Assembly (NCBI GenBank): GCA_964106645.2
Contig: OZ067039.1
Direction: 5' to 3' (one strand)
Length of the DNA stretch: 64,000 bases
Origin: Podarcis pityusensis
Taxonomy: Eukaryota
A program made the position numbers and the translations under genes. Within the stretch, counting starts at the first letter, position 1. Each line of letters begins with the position of its first letter. This document shows, one piece after another, positions 25,092 to 37,108 of this stretch. The notes below the pieces were generated by a model. That model was not told the DNA's origin. It worked only from the letters and a program-made list of their open reading frames with translations, and ran no database searches.

Positions 25092-25232
25092 GAGTCTTTT
25101 GTAATACAAAGCTTCAGCATTAGCAAATTATGAAAATAGAATGTACAAAACATATGCTTGTGTTACATGATCAAGAAATGATACATAAAAATAGGCCGCT
25201 CTCTCTCCAAAGCGATTAGTCAAAGTGTTTCT

Positions 25233-25248
25233 TCAATACCATTCAGTT
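25233..25248 (-). CDS. RNF130: RNF130 terminal coding exon 9 (E-TEWY*), followed by a short 3'UTR
   Basis: tttcccacag|A ACT GAA TGG TAT TGA, resembling the mammalian EVEWF* end. Total CDS 1269 nt = 422 aa. Confidence 0.9.
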
Positions 25249-27381
25249 CTGTGGGAAAGTAAAAGAGATTATCAGTAATATTTTATTGTTGCTGTTTAAT
25301 GCACAAATGTTCAAAATAAATTATGAGCAGAATAAAAACAACTTGCTAGTGCTTTCAGTCAATGGGAAGGAAGGCATACAGCTATTCCTTTTTCACAAGT
25401 GGCAAATCCATAGATATGACAGTTAAAATAGATGGTTCATAAAAATGGGAAATAAATTATGAATTCTAGCTACCACCTTGACCTCCACACTAGGTTTAAT
25501 TTATTTACTACACCTTTTGGGGGGGGGGTGAAATAAAGAAAAATACTGTACGTGAACACAATGTACAAATTCTCCCGCTTCCTATTATACTGTGTCATGT
25601 CCAAAATACAATCTCTGCATCTCCTCCACCCAAAAGATCAGAGATGGGGCGCTATGTTGGAAACTTGCATATCTTGTTCCAGCATGAAGTAATGACTGAA
25701 AGTGGTTTTGGATATCTGTAGTATCCATTTATGCAAGCATCATTTTTACTTTTAGATACAAAAATCTAGGAGGAGCCTTCTAGTTTAATGCAGCTATCAC
25801 CAGTAGGAAATATTGTGTGAAATCCCTAAAAAATATTCCAGTCTCTTTTTGGAAATATGAAAGTAGCCAACCAAAATGCTACATGAGTAAGTTGTAAGAT
25901 TATTCCAGACCAGGGTGCTGGTGAACTAGTCAATTACTGTAAAATATGTAGCCTATATACCTCCTTCATGGGGCAGTGTGCGAGAGCAAGCTCTGTGTTC
26001 ATGCTGCTCACCACATGTAGTGAGAACCATAATTTATTAATGTACATTTGCTTGCAAATATATGTTTGCTGCATAATTTGTCCTCCTTACTTGCAGCAAA
26101 CTGATCACAGGACCAGGAGTTACTAAGTACACATACGTTGGTGCACCCCTAGTTCACTCTAAATTCTCGTCCTTAAGCTGCACTTCTTGTAGGATGTACA
26201 TCACTGTTGGATCTTTATCTGCCTAAACAATCTTAGACCAGGCTATCTCAAGGATAGTTAGTTTCCATATAAACCTTTGAGTTGTGCCTTGGAAGCCCTG
26301 CTCTCTGTGCCATTACCTCAGGCCATTAGGTTGGCGGACACAAGATTCAGTGGCTGTGTTTGCACAAATTCAGGCTTAATCTGTTTCATGCACTTGTACA
26401 CAGCCCCTTTGCTTCAGGTCACTTGTCTCTTTATGTGAGTAAGGAAACAAAGACTCTACAGTTAACCATAACTTCTCCAGTTTGCAGGTAACAGGAAACT
26501 AAGGTTAACTCTGGTTTCCTGATTTGTTTCCCAGCTTGCACAAAGAAATAAATGAAGTGGGAGCAAAGAGGCTGTGCACAAATGCAGGAAACTCGTGCAC
26601 ATCATACTACACAAGCCAGCACTTGCTTGGTGATAACACTGCGCTGGAATCAGGAATTCAAGAGACTGTCCTCTAAACATAAGCTAAAAAAAGTTTTCCT
26701 TTCAACAACTATTTAAAAACATACAGCACTAAACCTTAACTTGATTCTTCATTGATTGCTGCTTTTAAACTGTTATCAGGAATTGTTTTTAAATTTGTGT
26801 TTTAGTGATAAAAATTATTTGTTTTATTGTATTTTTCATTGTAAGCTGCTCTTGGTTCTCTGGGAGCAGAAGAAAAATATTAAATAAAAAATAGCATCCT
26901 TACTACTCTCTATGGCATTTCCCTTAAGCTTCCCTATTGGAATATACTTCCTGAATATAATTCCTAGACAAATAAATAACATTCAGTTATCTAAATCTGA
27001 ACAGGCACTATCTAGGCTTGTTCACTCAAGTCCATATAAGCAATGATCCTTACAATTCTCCCTTAAGCTTGCTAATATAAACTTAACCAAACAAGGAGTG
27101 CAATGCGCGCATTTGCACACACAAAATGAATAAAAAGCAGGAGTGCCAGAATACAAAGTAAAATTGAACGATAACGCATCTTCCCCTTAAAAAAAAAAAA
27201 TGTACCCTCCCTTTGGAAAACCTATCCTCAGATGTTCTAACAATCTGATATTGCAACTTAGTAAAAGAACGCTGTATTCTGGATGTTTCCCAGATCTCCT
27301 TCCTTCTAATTCTTCAACTCATCATTTCTTTACAATGCTGCCGTATGTGTAGGCACACTCACAATCTGAACATTTACTTAC

Positions 27382-27475
27382 TCATTAGCATTTAAGCTAG
27401 CTGTGGCTTTGATGATCATGTAGCAAAGTGTAAGGGCACTCAGGAGGCCAAAGCTGGCAATAATAAACCATTCTT
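27382..27475 (-). CDS. RNF130: RNF130 coding exon 8, second hydrophobic segment ([32 protein letters not shown])
   Basis: 94 nt, caacag| acceptor, GA|gtaagt donor. Matches the mammalian-type C-terminus. Confidence 0.93.
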
Positions 27476-29018
27476 CTGTTGACAAAGGAAAGGGAGGAAA
27501 TCACTCGTGGAAGAAGGCTTATGTCAAATCGATGGCAACTGCCCCCAAAGATCAGAAGCAGAAGACAATAATTCTACTCATGTGGGGCACCAGGAAGTGA
27601 AGCTCCAGAGGAAAGCAGAAGGCAAAGAAGGTACTAAATGGAGAAGGCCAGCAAACAAGGTTATGGGGAGAAGTGAGAAAAAGAGGAATGATACAATAAT
27701 ATTGATCACAGAGTCCAGACATTAATGATAAATGACTGATCAAAGTAAAATGCAAAATAAGGAAAGCATAAGCAAAAATTTTACCTGCAGTTAAGGAATA
27801 AGTCTATTTCCAAATGAGACCTGTATTAAAAGAAATATGACAGCACACACACAGACCCTGTATCATCTCTTCCACTCCTTTATCCGCAAATAAAGTGCTC
27901 TAGCACTTTTAAAAGGTAGAATTCAGCAGGGAGTCATTCATAATAAAAAATGAAATATAATTTTAGTCTAAAAATATCACACAAAAGTACATCTTAATTT
28001 TTTTTAAAGGAATGTGATTGTTTTGGACATCATTTCTAACTAGGTGCATTCCTTGATTTTAATTTTTTGTGGCATAGGAATGTGTGCAGTGTACACAAAC
28101 TAAAACAAATCAGAAAAGTTTTCAGATGACAGTGCTCGAAATGTTGCATGAATTTCTTCTCCTTTATCATGATCTCCATTTTAAATGACTGGAAAAGCAA
28201 CAGGACTCAAGCCAAGTTAATATGCTTGTTTTTGAAGTTGTATATATAGCTGTACATGTGTATTTCTCGCAACCAGCAGTATTTGTACACTGAGATTTAA
28301 CCTATGTTAAATGCACAGTTATGTGGTTATGAATATTAAATAAGTCTTTCCGGTCAATGAAAAAGAGTTGTCAATCCATTCTTAGACATGTTCTGGGCCT
28401 GCAAGCAATAATCAAAACCAACAACAACAGGGTGGGGGCATTACCACTGCTCATTCTCAAGATGGTCAAAGTCACTATAAGATATATATCCCACTTTAAG
28501 ATTATAGAACCAGGACTGTAGAAAGTATTCAATGGTAAGTCTCAATTTTCATGAGGGATATTTTACTGACAAATGAAATTCTTCACACATAGCAATATGA
28601 TAACACCTCAAACCCAACTTCTGAGGGAATATAACAAAGCAAAACCTGCTAGCACTAATTCCATGCCTGAAGTTTTTAAATAAATGTGTGGGACGTATGG
28701 GGAATGTTAGGGGCAAACCCAGCTCTTTTGTCAAAATTGGCAGTCTCCCAAACTACAGAGTGGTAGTATATATCACATTGGCCCAAACATTTCTCTTAGT
28801 TACTGGTCAAATAATATGCAAGTGCTTCTGCTCAGGTGTTCCCACATATCTCCAGGTTCCACCAATTCATTTATAGTGTATGAAAGACATTTAGTTAGTA
28901 AAACTTCACATAACCATCAAGTTTGCAAATAGAGAACTAAAATAAACATTCATCCTTATTTGTCAGAGTGCATCCTGCATTTCCCCCATAAAATAGTTTT
29001 ACCTGGTCTGTTAGGCAG

Positions 29019-29180
29019 CAGACCCATGCAGGGCGGGGCGGGGCGGGGCGGGGCGGGGCGGAGGCAAGCAGATACACTTTCCCTAGGCCTCAGAGGACTA
29101 AGCTGGCCAGGGGCCCCAGGCAGGGACCGACTGCTTTTTTTATTCCACCCCAGGCCTCAGACAAGCTCTGCACAGGCCTG
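29019..29180. mobile_element. hAT-like MITE carrying a (GGGGC)n run
   Basis: Imperfect 15-bp TIRs (CAGACCCATGCAGGG / CTCTGCACAGGCCTG) and a near-identical 8-bp TSD ttaggcag/ctaggcag. Confidence 0.6.
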
Positions 29181-29963
29181 CTAGGCAGCAAGAAAGAAAA
29201 GCCGTGTGTTGCTACTGATCATGAGGCAGACCAAACAATGCTTAGCACCAGGAAATATGAAAGTTCTACCCTTGATGAGTTGCAGCTGAATTGAACAAAG
29301 TAAGGACTACACCGTTTGTCTGGGGCTTAGACTGTGCAACAGAATCAGAAGCAAAACTCTTATTTATATATCCAGTAAGGGTTCTTTAGCTTTTAGGACC
29401 TGGTACTATGTGTTCTTTTTTGCCTAAATCATACCCCAAACAGCTAGTTCAACACAGATCACTGTTCCAGAGTTCATTTAATGCAAGGTTGTGTTCACAG
29501 GTAGATTGTTGAATTGGCATACATGATTTTCATAAACAATTGGCATATGTGATTTTCTGATGGCACTCAAACTATAAACTGTTTGAAGACTGCATCAAGC
29601 CCAAAAATAATTATAAAAAGATGGCAAATATAATTGGAGCAATCTACTAAATTTCTAGATCCAGCCATTATGATTTGCAAACATAATTCACTGACAGGGA
29701 AAACTGTTAAAATACTTACCCATTTTAACTGTTAGCCATTTAAATAATTGACTTGTATAATCTATTTTCTTACTTGGTAATTAATTTTGAAAAAGATTTT
29801 GCCAAAGCTATTTCCAAGTTCATTGTCTTGATGTTCAATATGAGTCTTTTTCACTGTCACTTAAAACTAATAGAAAACTTTCATGTATGTTATAGTAATA
29901 GAGCATAAATCTGAAAGCAACATGAAACCTACAATGCTCAAATTAAAACCAAACTTCACTTAC

Positions 29964-30168
29964 TAGTTACAGCAATATTGATCTCTCCTGTTCTTGGAGT
30001 CAGCTCCCCATCCTGTGGAAACTGTGATATTCCAGAAGTACGCAGGGGCTCAAGAGTGAGTGAGGTGTCACTGGTAAGGTCACCAAGAACTGATCTCCTG
30101 TTGCCTAGTTGGCCTCTGGTGAGCCTTTCCATGTCAAAGGCCATATTGTCAGCACATGGCACATTTGT
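29964..30168 (-). CDS. RNF130: RNF130 coding exon 7 ([16 protein letters not shown]...[15 protein letters not shown])
   Basis: Within ORF 29956..30189. 205 nt, ttttcag| acceptor, A|gtaagt donor (phase 1). Confidence 0.96.
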
Positions 30169-30756
30169 CTGAAAATACAATGTTGGCAAGTTAATATATT
30201 TCCTTTTTGTAAGCTTCTGGCAAAATCATAAGAGAGATATTGTAAAATGTCTGCAGAAGGCTATCTGAGGGATGCACAAGCATCCAATAGTGACCAATGA
30301 TGAAATGTGATTCACAGGAAGAAGCAGTTACTGCTGAGCAGCAACCAGTGGGAACAGGGACTGTCAGCCACACATCCAAATCAAATGATTCAGTAATCCC
30401 ATCATAAGATGTTCTGATGATAAATTGTACAAAGAGCCAATTCCAAAAGTAATAGTGAGAGGCAAATATACTTGAGAGGGGATAGTAGGTAGGTCCAAAC
30501 ACAATATACTAATGGGAAGGCAGACACCCAGTGCTTGCACAATGCTGACACCAATCACTCTGTCCCTCTGCCACAGTCCTTTTACACCCACTACCAAGGA
30601 TGCTTCCAATATTGGAACACTGCAATTTCATGCAAGAAAGGAAGAATGGCTAACACCCTGGAATTCTGGTCCTTTCGTACCTGACTTTACTGATTTATGA
30701 TCATTTTGGAAAGGAAAGCTCTACATTCCTTACTGTTTAAATAAGACTTGACTCAC

Positions 30757-30853
30757 CACAATTCCCAGAGCCTTCAAAATGTTCAGTTTACACATAGGAC
30801 AAGTGCAGTGTTCACTGAGCCATGGATCCACACAGGTTTTGTGGAAAACATGT
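30757..30853 (-). CDS. RNF130: RNF130 coding exon 6, second half of the RING-H2 ([32 protein letters not shown])
   Basis: 97 nt, ttttcag| acceptor, |gtgagt donor. Completes the C3H2C3 ligand set. Confidence 0.97.
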
Positions 30854-32295
30854 CTGAAAACAGAGCAGCACAACAAATGCTAGTTGCAAAACTATTAATA
30901 ACACCAGATATACTGGGGAGGTCATAATAAGAAAAAATATTAGGAATTTTGAACAATTTATTTTGGGAATTCGAATAAATTGGCAATCATCCTTGAGTTG
31001 GGTTTAATGTACAACTAACTCCTTAAGCTACATTTAGATCTTCTGAGAATGTATGGATTGCATATTTCACTTATAACTTCTGCTTGTGTTACATTTTTGT
31101 ACAGAACATACCAATTTCAGGGGTTTTAAGTAACAGCCACACACATACCAAAGCGTTATTTAGTTCCTCTTCCATTTTAGTGTGTGTGCATATAACAAGG
31201 AACATGGGAACTGAACTGGGTTATTTATGCAGTTCAATGCCTGTGTCCTTTGCTATATATTAAGATGACCACTCAAAAGATTCAGATAAAGACAGGAAGA
31301 CACAGGGCAGAAGGAAGAATAAAAAACTTCAGGTGCATTTGTTAAAATTTTTTTATAGAACAACAGCATGATGTCAAATCCTTGTAAGTTTTGGTATACT
31401 GAGAAAGTATATGGATCAGAAAAATAATACTTAAATAATTATGAAGGGAAGAAGTCAGGTAGTTTTATAAACTAAATACAGTAATACCAAATGGACTTAA
31501 TAAGGGAAGTGAACGGATGTCAGATTTGTAATAATCTGGGATCCAAGCTCATTGTAATTATGTAACATGTCTTGCCATTGTTAATTTTATCATGTATTAA
31601 TATTCAAATACACTAAATACATTTTAGTCTAAGTCTTTACAGATTCCAGCATTTCTTATGTGTTCTGTAGTGAAAAAGAAAGCCCCTTTCCTTCTCACGT
31701 AGATACCACATACATTCCCATTGCTTTTGTCTCCTGCTTCCGAAAATAAAATGCCTTTCTGGGCAATAAAAGAAGTGGTGGCCACCACCCTACCTCTCCC
31801 TTTCCAGGCCACTGCACAAACTAGTTCAAACATCCTCCATGGCACTTTCAAGATTTCCTTCAAAGAGGAGGGGTTGCCTTCACAACCAATTAGAGTAGAA
31901 GGGGATGGGCCTTTCCAGCTACAGAAAGTACTCTGCAATATCAAGGCCACACACAGGTGCAATCTTCATTCAGAGATCAGTTTGAGCGCCTTGGGAGTCA
32001 CCAAGAAAATTCTGCATGGGTACCATGATTGTTTTATTTGACTACCACCACATCTATTCTCCTAATTCACAAACCACTTTCTTTTCAGACTATACTAAGT
32101 ATCTTTCACCACCCAGGCCTTTTTGCATAGTTCTCCCACACTAGGTAATTGTGTGCACACAAAAGTGCCTAAAATTAATACACAAGTTCTAATGTGTTGA
32201 GGGAACCCAAGAGTGACAATAAGGATAATGAAGCTAAGACATATATTTTCACGGGTAAAGCACTCTCAAAAAGGAAAGAGGAATTACTGACTTAC

Positions 32296-32378
32296 TTGCA
32301 TGGAAGAATGCGGACAACATCATTCTGCTTGTAACTTTCAATGCAAACAGCACAATGATCGAAGTCTGGATCCGTTTC
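32296..32378 (-). CDS. RNF130: RNF130 coding exon 5, first half of the RING-H2 (ETDPDFDHCAVCIESYKQNDVVRILPC-K)
   Basis: 83 nt, ttttag| acceptor, |gtaagt donor. Carries the CxxC of the RING. Confidence 0.97.
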
Positions 32379-32764
32379 CTAAAATGAACAAAGTGACTAT
32401 TCAACCAATCTCTAGAGCAGACAGTCACAGAAATCCTGTAGTAAGACACATGACCTGGTTTTGTGCTGGGACATGTTGGAGGTATGGTGGTACCATTCAC
32501 ATAACAAAAACTAAAACAGAGATATCAACATTTTCAAAAGTCGGAGGTCCATGGTTTGAGGTTTGAGAAACAGGGGTTCTGCAGTACATAGCTAATTGGG
32601 AACCACTATTCTAGAAGACTAGAGGGGACCCTCCCACCCTTTCTCATTTTTCCTCATGGCATTATACTCTTCCCTTTTCTACATATGTACCAATGAAAAC
32701 GAAAAACTGCCATACGGGTAAGGTGTTGGTATTCAGCTCCCTAAGGGTCAACACTTTTACCTGT

Positions 32765-32960
32765 ATAGGGTTTAATGTTTTACTATGTTTTTATATATGC
32801 TGGAAGCCGCCCAGAGTGGCTGGGGCAACCCAGTCAGATGGGCCGGGTACAAACAAAAAAACATTATCTACATCAGGGATGTCCAACCGGTTGACCGTGA
32901 TCGACAGGTAAATACCCAGATGTTCGCGGTCGATCGCTGGATCCCTATCGATCGTTGGAA
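32765..32960 (+). mobile_element. LINE 3' end (GGAAGCCGCCCAGAGTGGCTGG...A-tail) followed by the left end of a hAT-like element (CAGGGATGTCCAAC, GATCG repeats)
   Basis: Motifs read directly; family assignment approximate. Confidence 0.5.
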
Positions 32961-33157
32961 GTGAAAGAACTCTCTGCCCCCCTCAACAACTTTGGCCTCC
33001 CCTCCCCCCCAAAAAAGCTCAACAACTTCTTTTGTGGAGGACTCCACAAACCAAAAGGATTGGGATAAATTGAGGGGGGGGAACAGACTTGCACAGATAA
33101 GCGTTAATACTTTTCTCCAGAAAAAATGTGACTAACATTTCATTTGTGTGACTATAC

Positions 33158-33229
33158 CTTATCCCCTTTCTTCACTGTTCTTGTTGTCAATTTACCAACA
33201 GCTTTTTTTGCTGCATCTCCAAGTCGACG
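33158..33229 (-). CDS. RNF130: RNF130 coding exon 4 ([24 protein letters not shown])
   Basis: 72 nt, phase 0-0, ttcag| acceptor, AAG|gtatag donor. Confidence 0.95.
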
Positions 33230-35631
33230 CTGAATAAAACACAGAGAGAGTTATTAGGTGTTGGAAAAATTGTGCTTCTTCCTCTTAAATCTCCTTTGGT
33301 TATATACTAAAATGGTGATTACAGCTTGTTCACTATACTCTGAAGAGTACCAGGTGCACAGTTCATGGCACTTTCAAAACTAAAGTCTCTTTGGGCTATA
33401 AACATCAAGCTCATATTTTATGGGAATCCCTTTTAGTTGCAAGCAAGAACGTCTATGCTTAAAGTGCAGATTCACCTTCAACAATATTATCCAAGGCAAT
33501 TGAGAATGGCCAGCTGCCAAGTGATTCAATAGATTTCTGAGACAGGTCACTTTGAATAGAACAAGCTCACATTTCCTTGCTTCAGTAACCAGGACTCCCA
33601 ACAGGAGGAGGATTAGGTTTATACAGTGAGGATCAAGTAATGTGTTAGCGTTTTTGCTCTTTAAGCTACTGTAATTATGTTGTTATTTAGAAGAGTATGC
33701 TGTTACAGAGATGTTTCCTGATATCATCTTGTAGCTATTCTGGAAACATCTGAAACCAGAAATCTCTGATTTTTTTTTTTAATTTCTCAAGTTTGTCAAT
33801 AATATGTAAAGAGAGATTCAATTTTGTGTTAATCTTTGCTAGATGTATTTCTTTGCTTTATAGGGGACTAGATCCTGAGTGCCCTTTCAGCAAACAAAAA
33901 GGCAGCTTCCATCTATAGAAAGGCTCCAGATACGATAAAGCTACCTATTAGAATGGGGAGGGGGGCCTTGCACCAATTTCCCCTTTCCCCTTCAGCCCTT
34001 TGCAGCATCTCCCATTCTGTTCCAAAGGGTGCCCAAACCCTCCAGATCAGCCTTTCAGGGGGCACAATGGAAGGAGGAATCAGCAATCAAAAGAATCATA
34101 TTTCAAAGTAACATATGGAAAGGGCCAAATCAGAGGCCATTCCAATGTTTACATTCAACTGGATGCTTAGGATGATGAAATGGAGAACATATTAATCCAT
34201 TGTGCTAAATACTTTGGCCTGCTTCTGCTTGTTTGTGCCTCTGGATGTCTCCTACATTATTCAAGTATGTATCATTTATTTTTCTCATTGTCCATCAAAT
34301 ATGAGAAAAATAGGAAGCTCATCAACTGTAAAGTCACATAGGCTATAAAGAGAAAAGCAAAAAGGCCCCAAAATCAAGTGTTTTCAGCATACTTCCACTC
34401 CTAAACATTGCCATATAATTTCAACACATTAAAATCCAGCCAGCCCCTTAATAAGCCAATTGCAGGTCTCCTGCAACAAAAAGCTAAGTAAGACTGCCCT
34501 TTGTATGCTTCAATAAATACAGCAAACAAACCAAACAGTCTCTTACTAATCCAATATTATATGGATGATACTGTGGAGAGAACCATTTATACTCCAACTC
34601 ATTTTAATGCAAAGTTGCTTACAAAATTAGAAGTACACTAAAAAACAGAACAGCTGAAAGCCCAATTTAAAATAGTAAAACCAAAAGATCAACAGCAGCA
34701 GAACCTGCCCCAGTAGTAAACATCACAGGTATCATTTGAAAGGATTTAAAATATTTCAGTCAGTCTCATAATGGGGTAATGGTCATCCCAAAATGGCAAA
34801 GAGAAGTGGGTATTGTTTATTAATTTCCATTACGTTTTCCCTAACCTAAGACATGGTAAAATTTCAAAGCTGGCTGTTTTAACTACAGTACATATTTGGT
34901 TCAATAATCACCAAAAAGTTCAATAGTTCTGCTCACTCAAGGCAGCGATGTAGAATATATACTTTGCCAACTACTGGCTGTGAGTACAGACCAAGCCCAG
35001 TCTATTGCTAAATGCTTTCTTTGATTCCAGAATACATGTGAGTTGTAAAATGCATTATTGGCATATCAAAGCAAGCTTCATGATATTTAACCTTTTTTCA
35101 GAAGCAGTAGTTTACTTCCAAACTATTGTGTGAAGTCAGCAACAGACTTAAAATGCACAGTTATCCTATCACTTAGCAGCTGTTCCCCCCCTATATAAAA
35201 TAGCTAAGCTTTTCCAATTGTGCTCTAGCTGTTGCTACCTCTTCATAAAATTTTAATAAGACAAGCCTTTTAAACCACATAAAAGTTTTATCAAGTTTCT
35301 CCTGACCTTTGTAAAATTCTGAAGGAAAAAGGTCTAAAGACTTTTACTTAAAGAGCAACTGTTCAGGTGTGGATTTTTGAAATCCAGAAATTGCTAATGT
35401 ATAGGATTGCTACTTTGTCCAATCAGTTGCCTATCTGTTATTCTTTTCAACTGCCAAATACAAGATAGGTAAAAAAGAGAATTGTAACATTGTCAAAAGT
35501 CTGAAATACAAAAGTAACGAAGCCACATAAACACACAGGTTATGAAGCAGAACAGAAAGTATCTCACAACCTCCTCTTTTCTGGGTGTTTCAAGTACAAC
35601 AGGGCAAAGTGACTATGCTTATCTGATAAAA

Positions 35632-35809
35632 GGATGTTTCGGCTCCCGAATGCTGCAAACCCGGAAGTGAGTGTTCCGGTTTGCAAATGTTCTTTGGAAC
35701 CCGAACATCTGATGCGGCTTCCGATTGAAGCAATGTCTTGGTTTCCAAACGTTTTGGAAGTCAAACAGACTTCCAGAACGGATTCCATTCTACTTCCGAG
35801 GTACGACTG
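35632..35809. mobile_element. Partial Tc1/mariner (Tigger-like) MITE ending ...CCGAGGTACGACTG|TA
   Basis: TIR followed by TA. The same family begins at 63929 (TA|CAGTCGTACCTTGG...GCAAACCCAGAAGT). Confidence 0.65.
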
Positions 35810-35816
35810 TACAGAG

Positions 35817-36289
35817 CATGGGTCGGCAAACTAAGGCCCGGGGGCTGGATCCGACCCAATTGCCTTCTGGATCCAGCCTGCGGATGGTCTGGGAATCGCC
35901 GCGTGGATCGGCGTGGGGATTCTGATCATTTGGGCTGCACCATTCCCCCCACACACAGTGGCACCTCCTCCCTCCCTCCTCCTGGCTTCTCCCCGCCCTG
36001 CCTAGAGGAGGAAGGGGGCTGGGCTTTGTTGAGCCATGAGACCATTTTAAGCAGCCCCTTTCTGGAGCCAGCCGTATCGCGCCGCTCATTGTCCCTCCAC
36101 TGCCGCCGCCAGCCCCTGCCACTCACAAGGCACAGGTAAGCAGCCACCAGGGCTCGTCCGGTGCTGTGGAGAAGAGAGGTGAGAGTTGGGGGGGGTCTTT
36201 CCCCCAATATAGTCCGGCTCCCCACAGGGTCTGAAGGACAGTGGACCGGCCCCCTACAGAAACCCCCTACAGGGGTTTGCTGACCCCTG
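35817..36289. mobile_element. hAT-type non-autonomous element with 8-bp TSD gtacagag, related to 1867-2114
   Basis: TIRs CATGGGTCGGCAAAC / GTTTGCTGACCCCTG. TSD at 35809-35816 and 36290-36297. Shares subterminal sequence with the 1867 copy. Confidence 0.85.
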
Positions 36290-36993
36290 GTACAGAGGAT
36301 GGAATTCAAACTGAATGGAGAACCATTCCACTTGCACAGTGGGACTTCCCCTTCCTTTCCTCCCCCTACAACTCCTTGGAGAGTTGGGGGACTTGCTGGA
36401 GCAGATTTTCTGTTTCTGCAAGTGTTTGCCCCGTGACCTGTCATTTACCAGTACAAAACAAATTAAAGATGTGAGGAAAGAAAATAAAGAAATAAACCAG
36501 TGAGCAGGAAAAGATTTGGGGATGTTGGGAAACAGAGAAATGACAGATTCCTCTCTGAACCCCATCTTAGCTTCATCTCTATTTCACAAAAGCAGTTTTT
36601 CTTTCTCTGCTATAACTTTTCTCTAGAATGCAGAAGAGAACTTTCCTTTTAGATTCTATTCTTACAGTTTATGTTTATTTTACACTGGGATTTTTTTCTT
36701 TATTCATATCAGTTTTCCAAATACTTTTTGTACAGCTCCAATTAATCTTAATTACTTGTTTTGGAAAGCTTTTACTTCTCCCTTACTAGAATTGTTCCTT
36801 GTAATTACTACACAGAACTGGGTTTTTCCTGAGCGCCAGCATTTGGACATCTTTGAATATATATATTTTTGCTTGTTCCAAGCTGAGGTATGCTTCACCT
36901 CCCCACCCCCCAAGCTTCTCTCCATCATGTGGATCCTGCCAACAGGACCCTGCAGTCATCTCTCTGTTCTTCCCTGAACCCACAGAAACTGCT

Positions 36994-37108
36994 GGGTTGT
37001 ATTCAGTGAAATTTTACTCAGAGTAGACATACTGAAATGGACCTGGCTTAGTCATGTTCATTAATTTCAACGGGTCTACTCTGGGTAAAACTTAGTTGAC
37101 TACTACCC
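36994..37108. mobile_element. Short palindromic non-autonomous DNA element; broadly similar short elements at ~6075-6160, ~8770-8862, ~51108-51185 and ~55298-55410
   Basis: GGG...CCC ends and internal inverted repeat TTTTACTCAGAGTAGAC / GTCTACTCTGGGTAAAA. Confidence 0.55.
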
